A stretch of DNA of 64,000 nt. Origin: Euglena gracilis (taxonomy: Eukaryota). The notes under the pieces are model-generated. The model was not told the DNA's origin, made no database searches, and was given only the letters and a program-made list of their open reading frames with translations. The DNA lies in NCBI GenBank assembly GCA_039621445.1, contig CP154954.1, positions 8,992,634 through 9,056,633 on the forward strand, written 5' to 3'. The translations under genes were made by a program, and so were the position numbers. Shown here piece by piece: positions 34,979 to 48,712 of this stretch (its first letter is position 1; each line of letters begins with the position of its first letter).

Positions 34979-36308
34979 GCACTTGCACCCTGACTCCCAA
35001 CCATACACAGCATTCCTGGCATCCAAAGGTGAGTACCAATGGACGGTAGTCCCCATTGGTGTTAAGAATGGCCCAGCCATGTTTCAACACATTATTCAAT
35101 GGGTTCTACGCGACTTACCGTTTGCCATTGTGTACATTTCTTTCGCGAACTTATAAAATTTTGCGTCCACATCCGCAGCAATGGACAGCGGAAAGCCGCT
35201 ACGAGCAAACCCTAAGCCATTAAGAAATGGACCCCTGAGGTAATCAAAAAGGATTACTCAGGTCAAAGGATTTTTGAAATTAGCCCAATACTACGCGATA
35301 TATATGAGGGACTTCCCGAAAAACGCGGTGCCTCTCACCAAACAGCTCGAAAACCGGGATGTCGACAACACCAAAGTCATTTGGGATGACCAAATGCGCG
35401 AGGCCCTTGAGAAAAAAAAGGTTTTGCTTTTGGAGAACGTTGTCCTCGAAATCGCCGACCAGTACAAACCAATGTTCTGGAAGTCGACAGCAGCGATTAC
35501 GCTGTTGGCGGAGTTATTAGCCAGCAGAACGCGGCGAATGAACTCCGACCTGTGGCCTTCTTCAGCAGAAAGCTACAGGGCGACGACGGTAATGGTCAAG
35601 TCAAGTGGAGTATACGCGAGAAGGAAACCTACGCAATCGTGCTTATACTCCAGAAATTCCGAAGCTGGGTCGCCAGCAGCCTCGTCCAGATCCTCGTCAA
35701 GACTGATCATGCGAGTCTCTAACACTGGTACACCGAGGATTTGAACAAGTCCATGTCATCGGTCGGAAGGCGACGCAGATGGCATGAGTTCTTTAGTTAA
35801 TTCAACCTTGTGGTTATTTATACCCCTGGTCACACACATAAAGTAGCAGATCCGCTCAGTCGGGCCCCTTGGTATCAACCTGGATGAGGGAGACGCGTTT
35901 TTTCATGGAAGTCAGGAAGCTGACGAATACGCACATCGAAACGACGCTGCGGACAACCTTTTGTATTATTTTTCCTTTTCACAACTATTCCTGGTCGCAC
36001 CAGTGCGCGGAAGGCGCCGACGTGGAAGCACGTCCGGACCCAGCGTACGCGCACGGAGTCCCCTTCCTTACTGTTCTTTCGCGAATGGGATTATAGTCGT
36101 GATCCGGTGTATGACAGCATTGTCTCCAGACTTCGTAATGGCGAAGTGCTGGAGAATTACACTCTTTCACCTTTACGGCTGGTTTTTCGCAATGAATCTG
36201 GTTACAAATATTGTATTCCCCAGGGCCTGGTTGATGATGTTATTTTGTGCTATCACAACCAGAATCACCCTGGGGCCCCCAAACTTCTTTCGTTGGTGGG
36301 CCGCAGGT
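34979..36308 (+). pseudogene. Gypsy family B fragment (B3): RT C-terminus, RNase H, start of integrase; probable target of A1
   Basis: HLHPDSQPYTAF..KNGPAMFQ, RPVAFFSRKL, homologous to 40335-41815; stops and deletions. Confidence 0.88.
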
Positions 36309-37579
36309 TGTAGGTGGTGTGGGCCACACAACTCCCACAACTCCCTGGTGGCTGGCCCCTGGCGCGTGCAGGACCTGCCACTGGCTGGTATCCATCAATT
36401 CACCCAGGGGGCCTGGCACCCACCTGCGACTGTCCTTGTCACTTTTCATGGTAATCCGACTTCCCAAATCCCAGCGCAGGCACAAATCAACATACTTCCC
36501 AGAACTGAACAACCAACGTCAAACTGAACATGATGCTTGCAACTGCAAACACAAGCACAGACAGAATTTTGCCGAATTCCTAATTCTTCTGCTGGAATCT
36601 TAATCCCTTTCCCAGCGCCCACACTCCCCTCCTTAAAAAGCTGCCCGGGGCAAGTAAACCTGCCTTCGGCAAAAAAGCGCGGGAACAAAAAAACATTTTT
36701 TTTGTTCACGAACACAAAATTGACTCTTTCTTTCTGTCTGTCCGTTTCTTTTTTTGTCGGGGGCGGGGCGGGGTTCGAAGGCCAACCCTCAGGGGGGTCG
36801 GTCTCCTACAGCAGCAGGGGGGAGCAGCAGGCACCCGCACAACCTTGGACCGTTCTGGCAGGGGTTCCCCCCCAGAACAGTCCAAAGATACCCCTTGGGC
36901 CGTCTTCTCTGGAACTCTTTTTTGCCCGTCCATAGATAGGGGTCCAGGGGCTGGTGGGGGTCCTGGGAAGGGGGTTCGCAGGAGGCAGGGGGTTACGAGG
37001 GGGAGGGCTTCGGCCACAGGCCCAGGAGGGGGACCCATCCCACGCCGTCCCGTCGTGCTTCGGCCACAATGCCTGAGGGCTTCGGCCCAGGCCTACGGGA
37101 GGGGGACCAAGCCCACACCATCCCAGGCAGGGCTTCGGCCACAGCTGGTGAGGGCTTCGGCCCAGGGCATGCAGGAGGGGACCCAGCCCACATCATCCCA
37201 GGCAGGGCTTCTGCCTCAGCCCCTCGGGGCCTCCTTTGCCTTCCGCCTGCGCTCCTTCCTTATCCTTCCTCTCGACTTCTCCGGCGAACCTCCGCCCTCG
37301 CCATGCCCCACCGGGGCCCAATGCCCAATTCCGTCATCACCATCTCCAGAATGCCCACCTCGACCATCTGCATGTCTGGAATGTCCCTCTCGACCATCTT
37401 GATTCATCTCGATTCGGGCATTACCACCTCTGACATGACCATCTCTGGCACGCACTTCTCCGACATCTCCTTCAACACCATTCACATATCTTGCATTTAC
37501 ATCCTTGTCATTCCTGTCTCTGGCATTTCAATCCTTGGCATGCACATCTCTGACATCTCTGACATCTCTGACATCTCTC

Positions 37580-38410
37580 ACGGGGCTGTTGTCAGCAGTC
37601 ATAATTTTGATGGGGTACTTGGATTTCACCAAGAGGGAGTTGGGAATGAATCCCGTTCGAAAGAGAAGGGGGATTCACCACCCTGTGTCGACCAAAATTT
37701 TGCATTTGGTGGAAACATTTTGTGTTTGGATTTCCGCTTGGACCAAAAGTTCCATGGGTGGTAGGCAAAGTGCAGGATCCGGTGTAAAATTGTTGTCTCT
37801 CCAACTATTCCAGGATCCCGTTCCTACTTTGCTCAGCATTCCAGGCAGAAATTTGGAGTGGGGGGTGGGGGACCCGGAATTTTTCCGGGTACGGACCAAA
37901 AATGCAGATGGGCAGGTCCTACTTCTGTCTGTTCATCAGCCCAGAGGTCCGTTCCCACAGACCTCGGGCTCCCCTACTCCAAGTCCGATTCAGCACTTCG
38001 GCTGTTTATCGTTTTCTTGTGTGAGTAGATAGCGCGCAATGCGCGGACTGCATTGTGGTCATCCTCCAATGAGGATTCGGAGTTCTCATCCCCCTCCCTG
38101 CCCGAAGCCGGGGTGCCCTCCTCTAAAGAGGAGATTTTGAACCGGACCTTGTGTTTTCTATTGTGTTTTGTATAATTGTGGTGACGTTGGTTCGGGCGGG
38201 GAGAGCGAGAACGGCAACATTTGGAGGAGTGGTGGTTGTGTGATCCACAAAGGGAACACTTTTGTCGATTTTGTGACTTTTGTCGGTTTTGTGATGGTCT
38301 TTCACCCCTTGGAGGCCTTGGTGAACGGAATCCCGTTCGACCATGGGTACCCGGAGTTACGAATTGGGTCTGACGTAGTTTTGGGTTTTCCATTCTTGCG
38401 TCAGAACCGC
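37580..38410 (-). pseudogene. Inverted LTR-retrotransposon fragment: Gag C-terminus with CCHC knuckle, then protease
   Basis: CSLCGSHNHHSSKC; TAG + hairpin; ELLVQAEI..KILVDTG..IKIMTADNSP. Confidence 0.75.
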
Positions 38411-39370
38411 CTTGTTGTGGACTGCCCCTCCCTCGGTTTGCGCAATACTACACGCACACAGCTCACTGCACCGAATTTCTCCCCGAAGGCACCTTCCCAG
38501 ATGTCCTCCCGCCTGGCCACAACGTTTTCTACAACCGAAAACACCGTTTCCTACACCAGGGGTAAAGAGAAAGCTGCCCCCCCCCCCTACCCACTACACT
38601 TGTACTGCACGTTTCCCATTCGGTAGGGAAAGCGAGTAGCTTAACCCCCCACGTTCCACTTGGTTCCAAGGTGAAAGCCCAAAGGCCTGAAGAAATTTCG
38701 GTGTCGAGTAGCCGCCCAGCTGCACAACTTTTACGTTTTCCACCAGGTGTGTCGATTTCGAACACCCCTGTACACCCCCCAGCAGCTACAACTTCCAACA
38801 CCCCTATGCACACACTGCACATGACTGACATGCACTACCAGACCGACACTTCCTACCAATGCGCACATTGCCGGAGAATTTCCACACAACCTGATTTCGA
38901 CTGTGGATGTATTTTTGAACCTCCCAAACTAATCGCTTTACTCAACAACCAGAGTACACTTGGTACCGGAACCTTTACCGAGGGTACCCTGCCCGCTGAA
39001 CGAGAACACAACACACCGGGTTGTTACCCGTTGTGTGTTGAAGTACATCCACAATTGGACAAAGGCGGAATCGCGTCCCTGTTCGGAATCGAGAGAATCG
39101 CGCTGGAAGATCTCCAATGGCAGAAAGCCAATCTCTCTGACCCCTAATGGCAGAATGCCAACCCCTCCAATGTCCCTGCATACAAGTGGCAGAATGGCAA
39201 ACGACATTTGTCCTTTATACAATACACGTCATACACTAGTCACAATGCCTGATGAAGTGTCTTCGGACACACCGCATTACCGATGTGGCTCGGTAAACTG
39301 TGTTTCAGCCCTCCACAGGACTGAAACCGCAACAGTTTTCGCGAACCGCATCTGGAATGCGTTCCATTTT

Positions 39371-39775
39371 GGACAATGTCGCATTTTGGAAACTTGGTTT
39401 TCCAAAATCGCGCAAATCGCGAAGCCGATAGACCTACAATTGGAGATTTATGTGTTCTCATCCAAAGCACATTCTCGTTTACCCAACAACTTGTCAAGCC
39501 ATACAAATGTGTTTGACAAGCTTTGGGGTGATGTGGTCCTGTGGCTACACCCACCTCTAAAACTTATCTCTTTTGTTGTTGACAAGATCCTTCGGGATCA
39601 AGCACGCGGTGTGCTACTCATTCCTAAAAATCCCGAAGCGGAATGTTTCCAACAACTGACGTATGTCACTTTTCAGTGGTGGGATTTACCGAACGACACC
39701 CCTTTGTTTGAAGATTTTTGCGGTGTCATGTTACCACCATTGAAAGAAATCATTTTTCGTGTTTGTTTCTTTGAT
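39371..39775 (+). pseudogene. Dam/DIRS-MT-like amino-(N6A/N4C) methyltransferase domain before RT
   Basis: IYVFSS..H..NVFDKLW..LWLHPPLKLISFVVDKILRDQARGVLLIP..WWDLPNDTPLF fits the DLFAS..N..DA..W..NPPW.LI..VL.K..ILI.P pattern; aligns with 59900-60290. Confidence 0.72.
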
Positions 39776-39858
39776 TTGATGCATTCGGAACGGTTGACCA
39801 CACTGACATATTCCTACGGGATAAAGGTCAGAATGACCAAACATACCAACTACCCGCA

Positions 39859-42800
39859 GTGATAGAAAGCGGTGGTCAACATCCCAAATCACAAGAACTA
39901 AGTACAAAGGTCAACCGCGAATTCAGTGATGTTTTAGAACATCCTATCTATCCCCATGACATAGATCCTGCAATTCGCGGACCTTTTGGTGTCTTTAAAA
40001 TAGAACTTAAAGAAGGTGCACAGCCCATGCACCGAAAATTCTTTCGCTGTACAGGCGAAAGAGAACAAGCTCTCAATACAATGATCGAAAAACTGATTGA
40101 ACGAAAATGGATCATACCCTCCAAAAGCGAGTGGTCCTCACAAGGTTTCGTGGTACCCAAGCCTCCCGATGCTTCTGGAGAGAAGAAGTGGAGACTTGTG
40201 CTGGGTTACCGATACTTGAACTCGCAGACAAAAGACGATCCATTTCCGTTACCACTTATCGAAGACCTGATTACAAAACAAGCGGAAAGCCGCCTGTGGT
40301 TGATTTTCGACTTAGAGGATGGTTTTCACCAGATGCACTTACATCCTGACTCACAACCATACACCGCATTTGTAACCTCCCGCGGAGTTTACCAATGGAC
40401 GGCGTTACCAACGGGTCTTAAGAATGGCCCAACCATGTTCCAAAGAATGATACAATGGACTTTACGAGACTTACCGTTTGCAATGGTATATAGATGACGT
40501 GCTCATAGGCACACCTCCTCCACTTACGATTTCGGGTAGTGATATCCTTGATATTCACTACCGCGATATACGTTCCGTACGGACAACGTTTCAAAAACAT
40601 TTGCTTTTTGTCAAAGCTGCGAAAATGCATTTATTCCGCGAAACGATAAATTTTTGAGGACACATTCTTAATAACGGACAAAGGAGAGCATCTCCGAGCA
40701 AACTCGAAGCTATAAAGAAGTGGACACCTGAAAACATCAAGACAATCACCCATTTAAAAAGATTCTTGGGTTCGGCGCAGTATTACGCGATTTACATGAA
40801 CGATTTCACGAAAATCGCGGTACCACTGACGCGACAACTCAAGAATCGCGCTCCTGACAATACAAAGATACAATGGGATGATACAGCGAGAACCGCTAAG
40901 GACAATTGAACAATTGATTTTGGACAACGTTGTACTTGACATTGCCGACCCGTACAAACCATACGTACTGGAGGTCGACAGCAGCGACTATGCCGTCGGC
41001 GGTGTGTTGAGTCAACATAACTCTTCCAATGAACTGCGCCCTGTAGCATTCTTCAGCAGAAAGCTACAAGGTAAAGACGGAAAGGACAAGTCAAATGGAG
41101 CATACGAGAAAAGGAGACGTACGCCATTGTCCTTATCCTACAAAAATTCCGCAGTTGGGTCGCCAGTTCACTCGTACTGATACTAGAGTTGACAGTCCAT
41201 GAGTCTCTCCAACACTGGTACAAAGAAGACTTGAACAAAGCCATGTCCTCAGATGGCCGAAGATGCCGTTGGCACGAATTTTTGAGTCAATACAACCTGG
41301 TGGTAGTTTACACACCACGTCATACTCGAAAAGTCGCTGACCCACTTTCACGTGCACCCTGGCATTACCCTGGTAACCCTGACGAGGGTGATGCCACGTT
41401 CCACGGAAGTCGCGAAGTCGACGAATACGCAAGGCGCGCAGACGCCGCTGACAACCTGCTTGACAACTTTCCTGTTTCGCGGATTTGGCGGCGGATGCTG
41501 ATAGCCCCCGTACGGGGAAAACGACAACGCGGCAGAGTGCCGGACCCCGCCAAGTTACGCGATCAGAATATCCATCCCCTCTCTTTTTTCGTGAATGGGA
41601 TTATTCCAAGGACGACTTTTACAATGATGTCGTACAAAGATTACGTAATGGTGAATTGGTTGAGAATTATACCTTATCACCTTTACGTTTAATTTTCGGG
41701 AATGATACTGGATATAAATACTGCATACCCTGTGACTTGGTTGATGACGAATTTTTATGTTATCACAACCAAGGTCACCCCGGGGCCCCCAAACTTCCTT
41801 CTTTGGTGGGTCGCAGATACTGTAAAACCCTGACCGAAAAGGATTTGTACAAGCGCAGTTTACAAATTTCGCAACGGTGCCAGATTTGTCAAGCTGTGAA
41901 ACCGCGCAGAGGTACCCCCCCTGGTACGTTGGATTTCTTCCCCGTACCAAATGACATTTTTACTTCCCTCGGCATGGATTTTCTGGAACTTGAACCTTGC
42001 AAAGGAACAGATCACAAAATTTACGATCACGTTCTTGTTGTCGTCTGTCGGCTGAGTGGGTACATAGTAGCCATTCCATGCCAGAAAGCAGGGTTGACAG
42101 CACAAGTTTTGGCACGAACGTTTTTGGAAAGATGCATTTGCCTCATGGGTTTACCGAATGAAATCGTGAGTGATCAAGACCATTTGTCTACTTCTCGATT
42201 TTTTACAACTCTTTGCGATTTACTCGGAATTGAGCAGCATTATTCTATTATTTTCTAAGATCGTCCAAAAGGAAATGGTCGCGCTGAAGCGGCAGTGAAA
42301 GGTGTAGTCAACATGCTACGACTCTCACTGGCCGAATCGCACAATGCCTGGCTACAAGTACTACCCTGGAGTTTATTTCATATCAACACTTTACCGGGTC
42401 TGATATTACAATACTCACCGTATAAAATCGTCTTCGGACGAGACCCCCCAGCCATGGGCGACATCCCGTCAGAACGACCCGCTCGTTCCAGCGTGAGTTG
42501 CAAAACATTGTTCTCTGAAGTAGAATCATTGCGCACGGATGTGCAAAAGCGCGTAGTCGCTATACACTTACAAAAACAAAAAATAATTCTTACAAGATTA
42601 CAAATCACCGGTATACAACCCAGGTGACCGCGTGTGGGTTCGGAAGAGTAGAACCCGCATGCAATCCACGAAGTTGGACCCCCTCTGGATCGGACCATGT
42701 GAGATCCTTGATCGGTTGGGTACAAGTGGGCGCTATAAAGTCGCTTTACCCAACGGTGTCGAGGATGTGCACATGGATGACTTCAAACCATACCTGACTC

Positions 42801-43006
42801 CACCAAACGGTAAAGCAATACCCTGCCTCTACTTCAAACCACGGTCAAAACTGCCTGAAACAGACGATTTCGTCGTTGACAAAATCCTCGACCACAAAGT
42901 AGACAGGTGTGTACATTACTGGAAGGTGAGCTGGAAAGGCTATGGTCCCAAAGAGGACACTTGGGAACCTGCAACTAGTTTTGTTCATTACATCCAACAG
43001 GACTGA
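39859..43006 (+). pseudogene. pol: B2 pol: RT, RNase H, integrase, chromodomain
   Basis: KWRLVLGYRYLN, FDLEDGFHQM, GLKNGPTMFQR, Y(I)DD hit by a frameshift at ~40490, EVDSSDYAVGGVL, H..GH..CQICQ, GMDF/VSDQD, chromodomain 42870-43000. Confidence 0.93.
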
Positions 43007-43377
43007 AAATTATGGAACAAACGAAATAGCATAGACATTTCTGTAAATACCTTCTAAGAGAGGATGTACAAAGAGGTACAAGATTTGTCCATAGCGTGGA
43101 CTTTCGACAAAATGTATAATGGGCGGCTGCCAAAATGTACAACGGGCGGATGCCAAACCATTTTGTCCCTAGCGAAGGACTTTTCGTCAAAGGAATATGG
43201 TTTTGAGCTATACATTTTTTCACTTGGTGCTACAATTTTGATTTTACAATTAGTGCAAACATACAAATATTTTTGTGTGTGCGCACATTTGCTGGCATGC
43301 GTCCAATGTTACCGTACAATGCTTTTTTCTCTGTTTCCCCACAGCTCAGCACTTGCTACTATCTTCTCTTTTTTAAG

Positions 43378-46300
43378 ATGGACGCTGGAGGAAGGGGACC
43401 TGGTCACCCATCCTCCCAACCGTATGTTCCCCCTGGACAACCTCCTACGGGTGGACCCCCTCACCCACAACCTCCTTCGGGAGGACGAGGACTTGCACTC
43501 CCTCGTGGAGGGCAAGTCCCCATGCGGCATGTACAAGCTGCTTCGGCAGCAAGGCCCGTAGTGGCAGCTCCTCAGGTACAAGCTGCTTCGGCAGCAAGGC
43601 CCGTAGTGGCAAATTCCCCTGTGACTCAACGTGCGGCTCCGCATGTTGCTCCATAACAAACTACACTTGCAGGCTTACAACATCAAACAATGATTCCACA
43701 ACAAACGGAATCTGCCTATGAACAGTTTGCGGTGCCGCAACCGCGGCCTCCAAGGAGATACGATCCGGCCAGTAGCAGTAGCCAACGCGCTGCTTTTGCG
43801 GTGGTCCTGTGATGCCTCGGTTCCCCAAGTACATTGGTGAACTGACAACGGCATCAACAGATACAATTCGTAACGCTCTGCGCATGTGCACAGAGGACAG
43901 ACCGGGTCCCTTCATCTGAGTGATGTGGGATTCGTACTGCCGACAACTGCTTGCAATCGCCAACAAACCTATCGCCACCTGGGACAGGTGGTCCCAGAGT
44001 ACGATAGCAGGTAGAATCTTCTTCCAACCCGGAGAATCCGTTTTTCCAGACAATGTAAATCTCCGGGATCTGGGAGTCCTGGTCCCGTCTGTGCTGCGCA
44101 GAGTGCATCCTGTGGGTGCTTACGCGGAACACATGCGCCGCTATACTCGTGGACTCACAGAAAGTGAGATGGGTGGTGTCCAAATGCAAGAACCAGTATA
44201 CTTACCACAACAACGTTTTTCCTCTCCCCCACGCATGCCGCTTGCACGGAACTGGGAGGCTAGTATGCCATCACAATACGCTATGGAGGCCGAAGAGCCA
44301 TACGATGAAAATTTTGCCGACGAGATGGCCGAAGAGCCTTATGACGAGTATACAACGGCAGAACCTGAGCCGGAGTATACCATGGAAACAGACGAACCAC
44401 CTCAAGCACCCCAACCACCACAACCCGTACACACTCAACCATCTGTACAATCTCAACCACAGCCACCGACAACCCCCGCCGTACCGCTGCCGGAACCGAC
44501 AGCGATACGAGTTGTCGGAGAAAATCCCCTGCGTCCCGTAGAGGAAACTATGAACGAGTGCCACAATCTCTGGATTTCGCTTACACAACCAAAGGCGAAC
44601 AGTACCTTCCCCTCGACAAAATTTACGAACTTGGATCCCATTTGGGAGCCATCAATGTAAAGGGAGTGATAATGGATGGCATTGGTCCAAACTCCAAAAT
44701 TTTGGGTATACCCACCTGGGCACTACCCGAAGTTTTGCGTGTGGATGCACCACCACATCAACCTGGTCCAACGGAACAACTCGCTTCGGCGTCGAATCTT
44801 GTGCCGCCGGTATCTCAACCTACTCCGGCACCACAAACAAAGCCTGTACAAGCAGTTTCGACTGCACGTCAAATATCTTCTCAGACCAACCTGTACCTAT
44901 ACAAAGAACAGGACCCCCTGCTCAAGCCACGGGGTCGGCACGTACAAGAGCACCCGCACAATCTACAATTCCTCTTCGAGCACCTCCTGTTACGACACCT
45001 TCACAACGGGTTCGGCTGGACAAACACAACCACCTATTGAACCGGGACAACCTTTCTCGGGTCAATCCAGGTTTGAGTCGCCAGCACAACGCGCCACGTA
45101 CAAGGAAGCCCTACAACATTTGACAGCCCCAGCGAAACCATACAACGTTGACGCGCGCAAACGTCCGCGTGGACCGGAGTTTGCAACACCACCACAAACA
45201 CGTCCAACGCCAGACACACAACGTGGTCGCTTGGACGACAATCCACAAAGCGCGCAGGCGCAACGTGATCGTCAGGAAAGCGATCACCCGCCGATCCCGC
45301 CCAACGTACAACGACTTTTTACGAAATGTATCACGAAATGTGTCCAGACAAACCGTCCGATGACATTGATGGACATTACACCGCTGGTGTAACCGTTACA
45401 ATGTGAAGAAAAACACAAGCATTCCGATAAGACGGTGCATACCGTTGGAATGAACAAGAGCGCGAAGCCGCAAAAGGACAGAAAGGCCAGAAAGGCAAAG
45501 GAAAGAGCGAAGGCTCACAACCGCGTTACGACCTGGACGTACAATTCATGATTGACCATCTGTTCTGCATCTCAGACTGATGTGATAAATCATGCACGAG
45601 TACTTGAGGAACAACACCCTTGGGTTATTGCTCCTGAAGTACATCACCACATGGTCAAACTCTACAAGGAAAAAGCACGTGGCTTTTTCTTCGATGGTAC
45701 AATTTCGTGTTACGAAAACCAGGATGGCATCAACAAATTTCAGGGTTTCTGGCAACTACTTTTCTGGCTCGGATTCCATTGCTTGGACTTCGGTTCATTC
45801 GCAATGCCCGCGAGCAAGGCACGCTACTTGCCACATCCAAAACTACAATACGGATGGGAGTCATCCCTTGACACACTAAAGACAATGTTCGACAACATCC
45901 GCGAAATCGGACCACACGGCATACAATGGGAAGTATTCCCACTTCCAAAGGATATACAACTGGTGACACACGAAATGTTCTGTTACAACCACCAAATTTT
46001 CCTCAACGAACACTATGGCCCCCACTTCCAAGTGGTCGTCATCGACCTGACAGACCCACAAAGATTCGTCGTTTAGTGCGCACACTGCCTCCACAAGTTC
46101 CCGGTGGACTTCTGGGGCTTTGGGGTACGCGGTCGGACAACCGACGCCCAAACGCACCAAGGGCGCAGCCCCACCAACGAGAATTGGCGGAGGCCCAACA
46201 ACAACGAAGACTACTCGGACACATTTGCCACAATCCCCTCGAAGTTAGGGAAATCGGATACGCCAGACGAAACCACCGACAAATGCTTCTGCACATGCAG

Positions 46301-46561
46301 ACGTTCCATTGGAGAGCATGGGTGTGCTATGCACTGGAAATCTACAACTTATTCAACGCGAAACAACCACTCCCGCAAGAATACCTCCCTCTTCCACCTG
46401 CATGGGACGAAGACGGAAAACGGAAGTACATCAAACGCCTGTTTGGCGAAACCCTCCGAAGAGAGGACTTTGCCCCATTTTTCAAGGGCAAACGTACAAA
46501 AAAGGATGGGCTGGCCATCCCAATACTGGACTGGCTTCCTCGCGGATCGGGAGGAAACTAA
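43378..46561 (+). pseudogene. B2 3' accessory ORF (fragmented); conserved core 45552-46400
   Basis: ATG after a pyrimidine tract-AG; Pro-rich N-terminus; core homologous to 5989-7257, with a stop at 46074 and a frameshift. Confidence 0.65.
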
Positions 46562-47636
46562 TTTGTCGGATGGCAAAACTTCCGTCTGCGACCCCGTATA
46601 AAACTCCCTGAACCCCAGCCGGCGGAGTCCGAGGCAGCACAGTCTACATTTGAACAACCTCCAACGGCTGCATCATGTACAACGACAACGGCCAAAGCAG
46701 CAGCGAAGCCTGCAACCAAACGTTCGGAAGAATGTTTGACACAACCTCCACCTACACCTACAATGTCTGTGGAACACACTCCCGTACACTCTTCAGACTC
46801 TTCGTCCGTTTCCTCTTCTGCGTCATCCAGCGATGAGGAAATGGAAGAAGGGACAGACAATGAACACAGTACACGCTCCGTCTCCTCCGCATCTGTGGAG
46901 TCTGAACCCGGAGATGCCGACGTACAACATGCTCTACGGGCCGAAGCGCCAGCTACAATGCCTGCTCAGACAAGACCACAAACCCCATAACCAGACGTGG
47001 AACCCGACGCACTTACAGAACTTCCAGTGGCCGAAGAGCCTACAGCACCTACGATGGCCGAAGTGTCTGTAGACTCTACAATGGCCGCGGTGCCTTCGTC
47101 ACTACGCCACTTCGGACGCTTCCGAGGACACGTTCTGCAGTGCGTCCGACTTGTGGTGGTATGAGTATGAAGTCGTCTGGATCTGGATTTCCACGGCTGT
47201 GAATACCGAGGGGGTATTCTCGACGTATTTGTTCACGTTCTGCACGTAGTGCTTCCATTTCTTCGTCAGTGAGTTCTCGGTCACCTTCCGCACGTGCGGA
47301 GGTGGGTGGAAGCGTGTCTGACGATAGCCTCGATGGTTGCAATGGTGCGATCGAGGTCTTCCTCTTCAACGCGAAGTCCCCGTGACACGGGATTTGGCGA
47401 AGAACCCGCACAAGAAGCTACGGCTTCCACCACAGCACTGACAGCAGACGCTGCTGGTTCTGCTCCAGACGTCCAAACACCCGTAGTGTTACACACACCT
47501 GAACAGGTGGTACCGACAGCTCCTGACTACCACATACCACCGCACCAACTGCGAAACCTGCTCCAAAATCGCCTGCAGAACGCACCCTCCGCCACAGCGG
47601 AAAGAGAAAGGCAGTAAGCCTAAGGCTAAACTACAG

Positions 47637-48010
47637 CCTGGGTCCGAAGACCCTTGGGGGGGGCTCCGCCGAAGCGGCTTGGGTCCGAAGACCCTTGGAG
47701 GGGGGGGGGGCACTGCCGAAGCGGCTTGGGTCCGAAGGCCCTTGGAGGGGGGTCACCACCGAAGCGGCTTGGGTCCGAAGACCCTTGGAGGGGGGGGGCA
47801 CCGCCGAAGGGGCTTGTGGTAGGGGGGGGGGGGGGCACCGCCAATGCGGTGTGGGTTCGAAAACCCAGTTGTGTGGGGGGGGTACCGCCGAAGCGGCTTG
47901 GGCGTCCGCCCCTTGTGCGAAAAAAAATTCCACCGCAGAAGCGGCCTGGGCATCCGCCCCTTGTGAATAAAAATTTTCCGTCGCTAAAGCGACTTGGGCA
48001 TTCGCCTCTT
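47637..48010 (+). repeat. ~48-nt tandem minisatellite
   Basis: gccgaagcggcttgggtccgaagacccttggagggggg units decaying to the right. Confidence 0.85.
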
Positions 48011-48609
48011 GTAAGGAAAAATTTTCTGTCGCCGTAGCGACTTCGTCTGCATTCTGCAGTCCACGAAGCGAACCTAATAAAAAAGCATAGTTAATAGGTG
48101 CGTTTCCATAGTTCGCATTTGCGCTTTGCATTTTTGATGAAAATTTGGGAAAAAGTTTGTGAAAATCGTAAAACTTGTAAAAATAAAAAAATTGTGTCAA
48201 CAGACCCAAAAAGGTAAGCAAAGGGGTGGGCTCACAGGCTTTGTGATGCAGCCGTAGCCACTTGTGCCACTGAGACACCTCGCGCGTGCTTAGGCGCCTT
48301 TTTCTGAGTTTTTGTTTGGTCCTTCGACCGTTAAACCTACTCTGCTACCAAGTGTACGTCCCACCCCGGCTTTTCTACTTAAGCTTTCCTCCTGAAAAGC
48401 GCGAGGGGGGAGTAACAGTAAAATTTCTTTCCCTTTCCCCTTATGGTTGCAAAGCACAAAGGCACAGAGAATTGTTGGGACCGCAGTCCTTTATATGAAA
48501 GTGATAATTGCTCTTTCGAGCTTTGTAAAAGAAAGAACTAAAACTTCTATTCAAATGGGACGTCGCCCTCAGAAATGCAAAAGAGAATTGCAAAGCACCA
48601 CCCTGTAAC

Positions 48610-48712
48610 CTTGAATTAGGAATTAGAAACTAGGAATTTAACCTTGTTTTAACCTTAAGTTAAGGCAATTTAACCTTATTTTGACCTTGAATTAGGAATT
48701 AGGAATTAGGAA
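48610..48712 (+). repeat. Degenerate TTAGGAA repeats
   Basis: ttaggaattaggaattagg interleaved with ttaacctt. Confidence 0.5.

Larger units (their letters stand above)
38410..47617 (+). mobile_element. Gypsy family B copy 2 (B2): amino-MTase-like domain, RT-RH-IN-chromodomain, long 3' accessory region
   Basis: Domain order read across frameshifts; LTRs and protease not identified; limits approximate. Confidence 0.8.

Noticed and set aside
47637-48010. Possible CRISPR array
   Set aside because: Inter-repeat segments are G-runs belonging to the unit; it is a minisatellite.
48610-48712. Interstitial telomere
   Set aside because: Units are TTAGGAA, few and interrupted, not TTAGGG.
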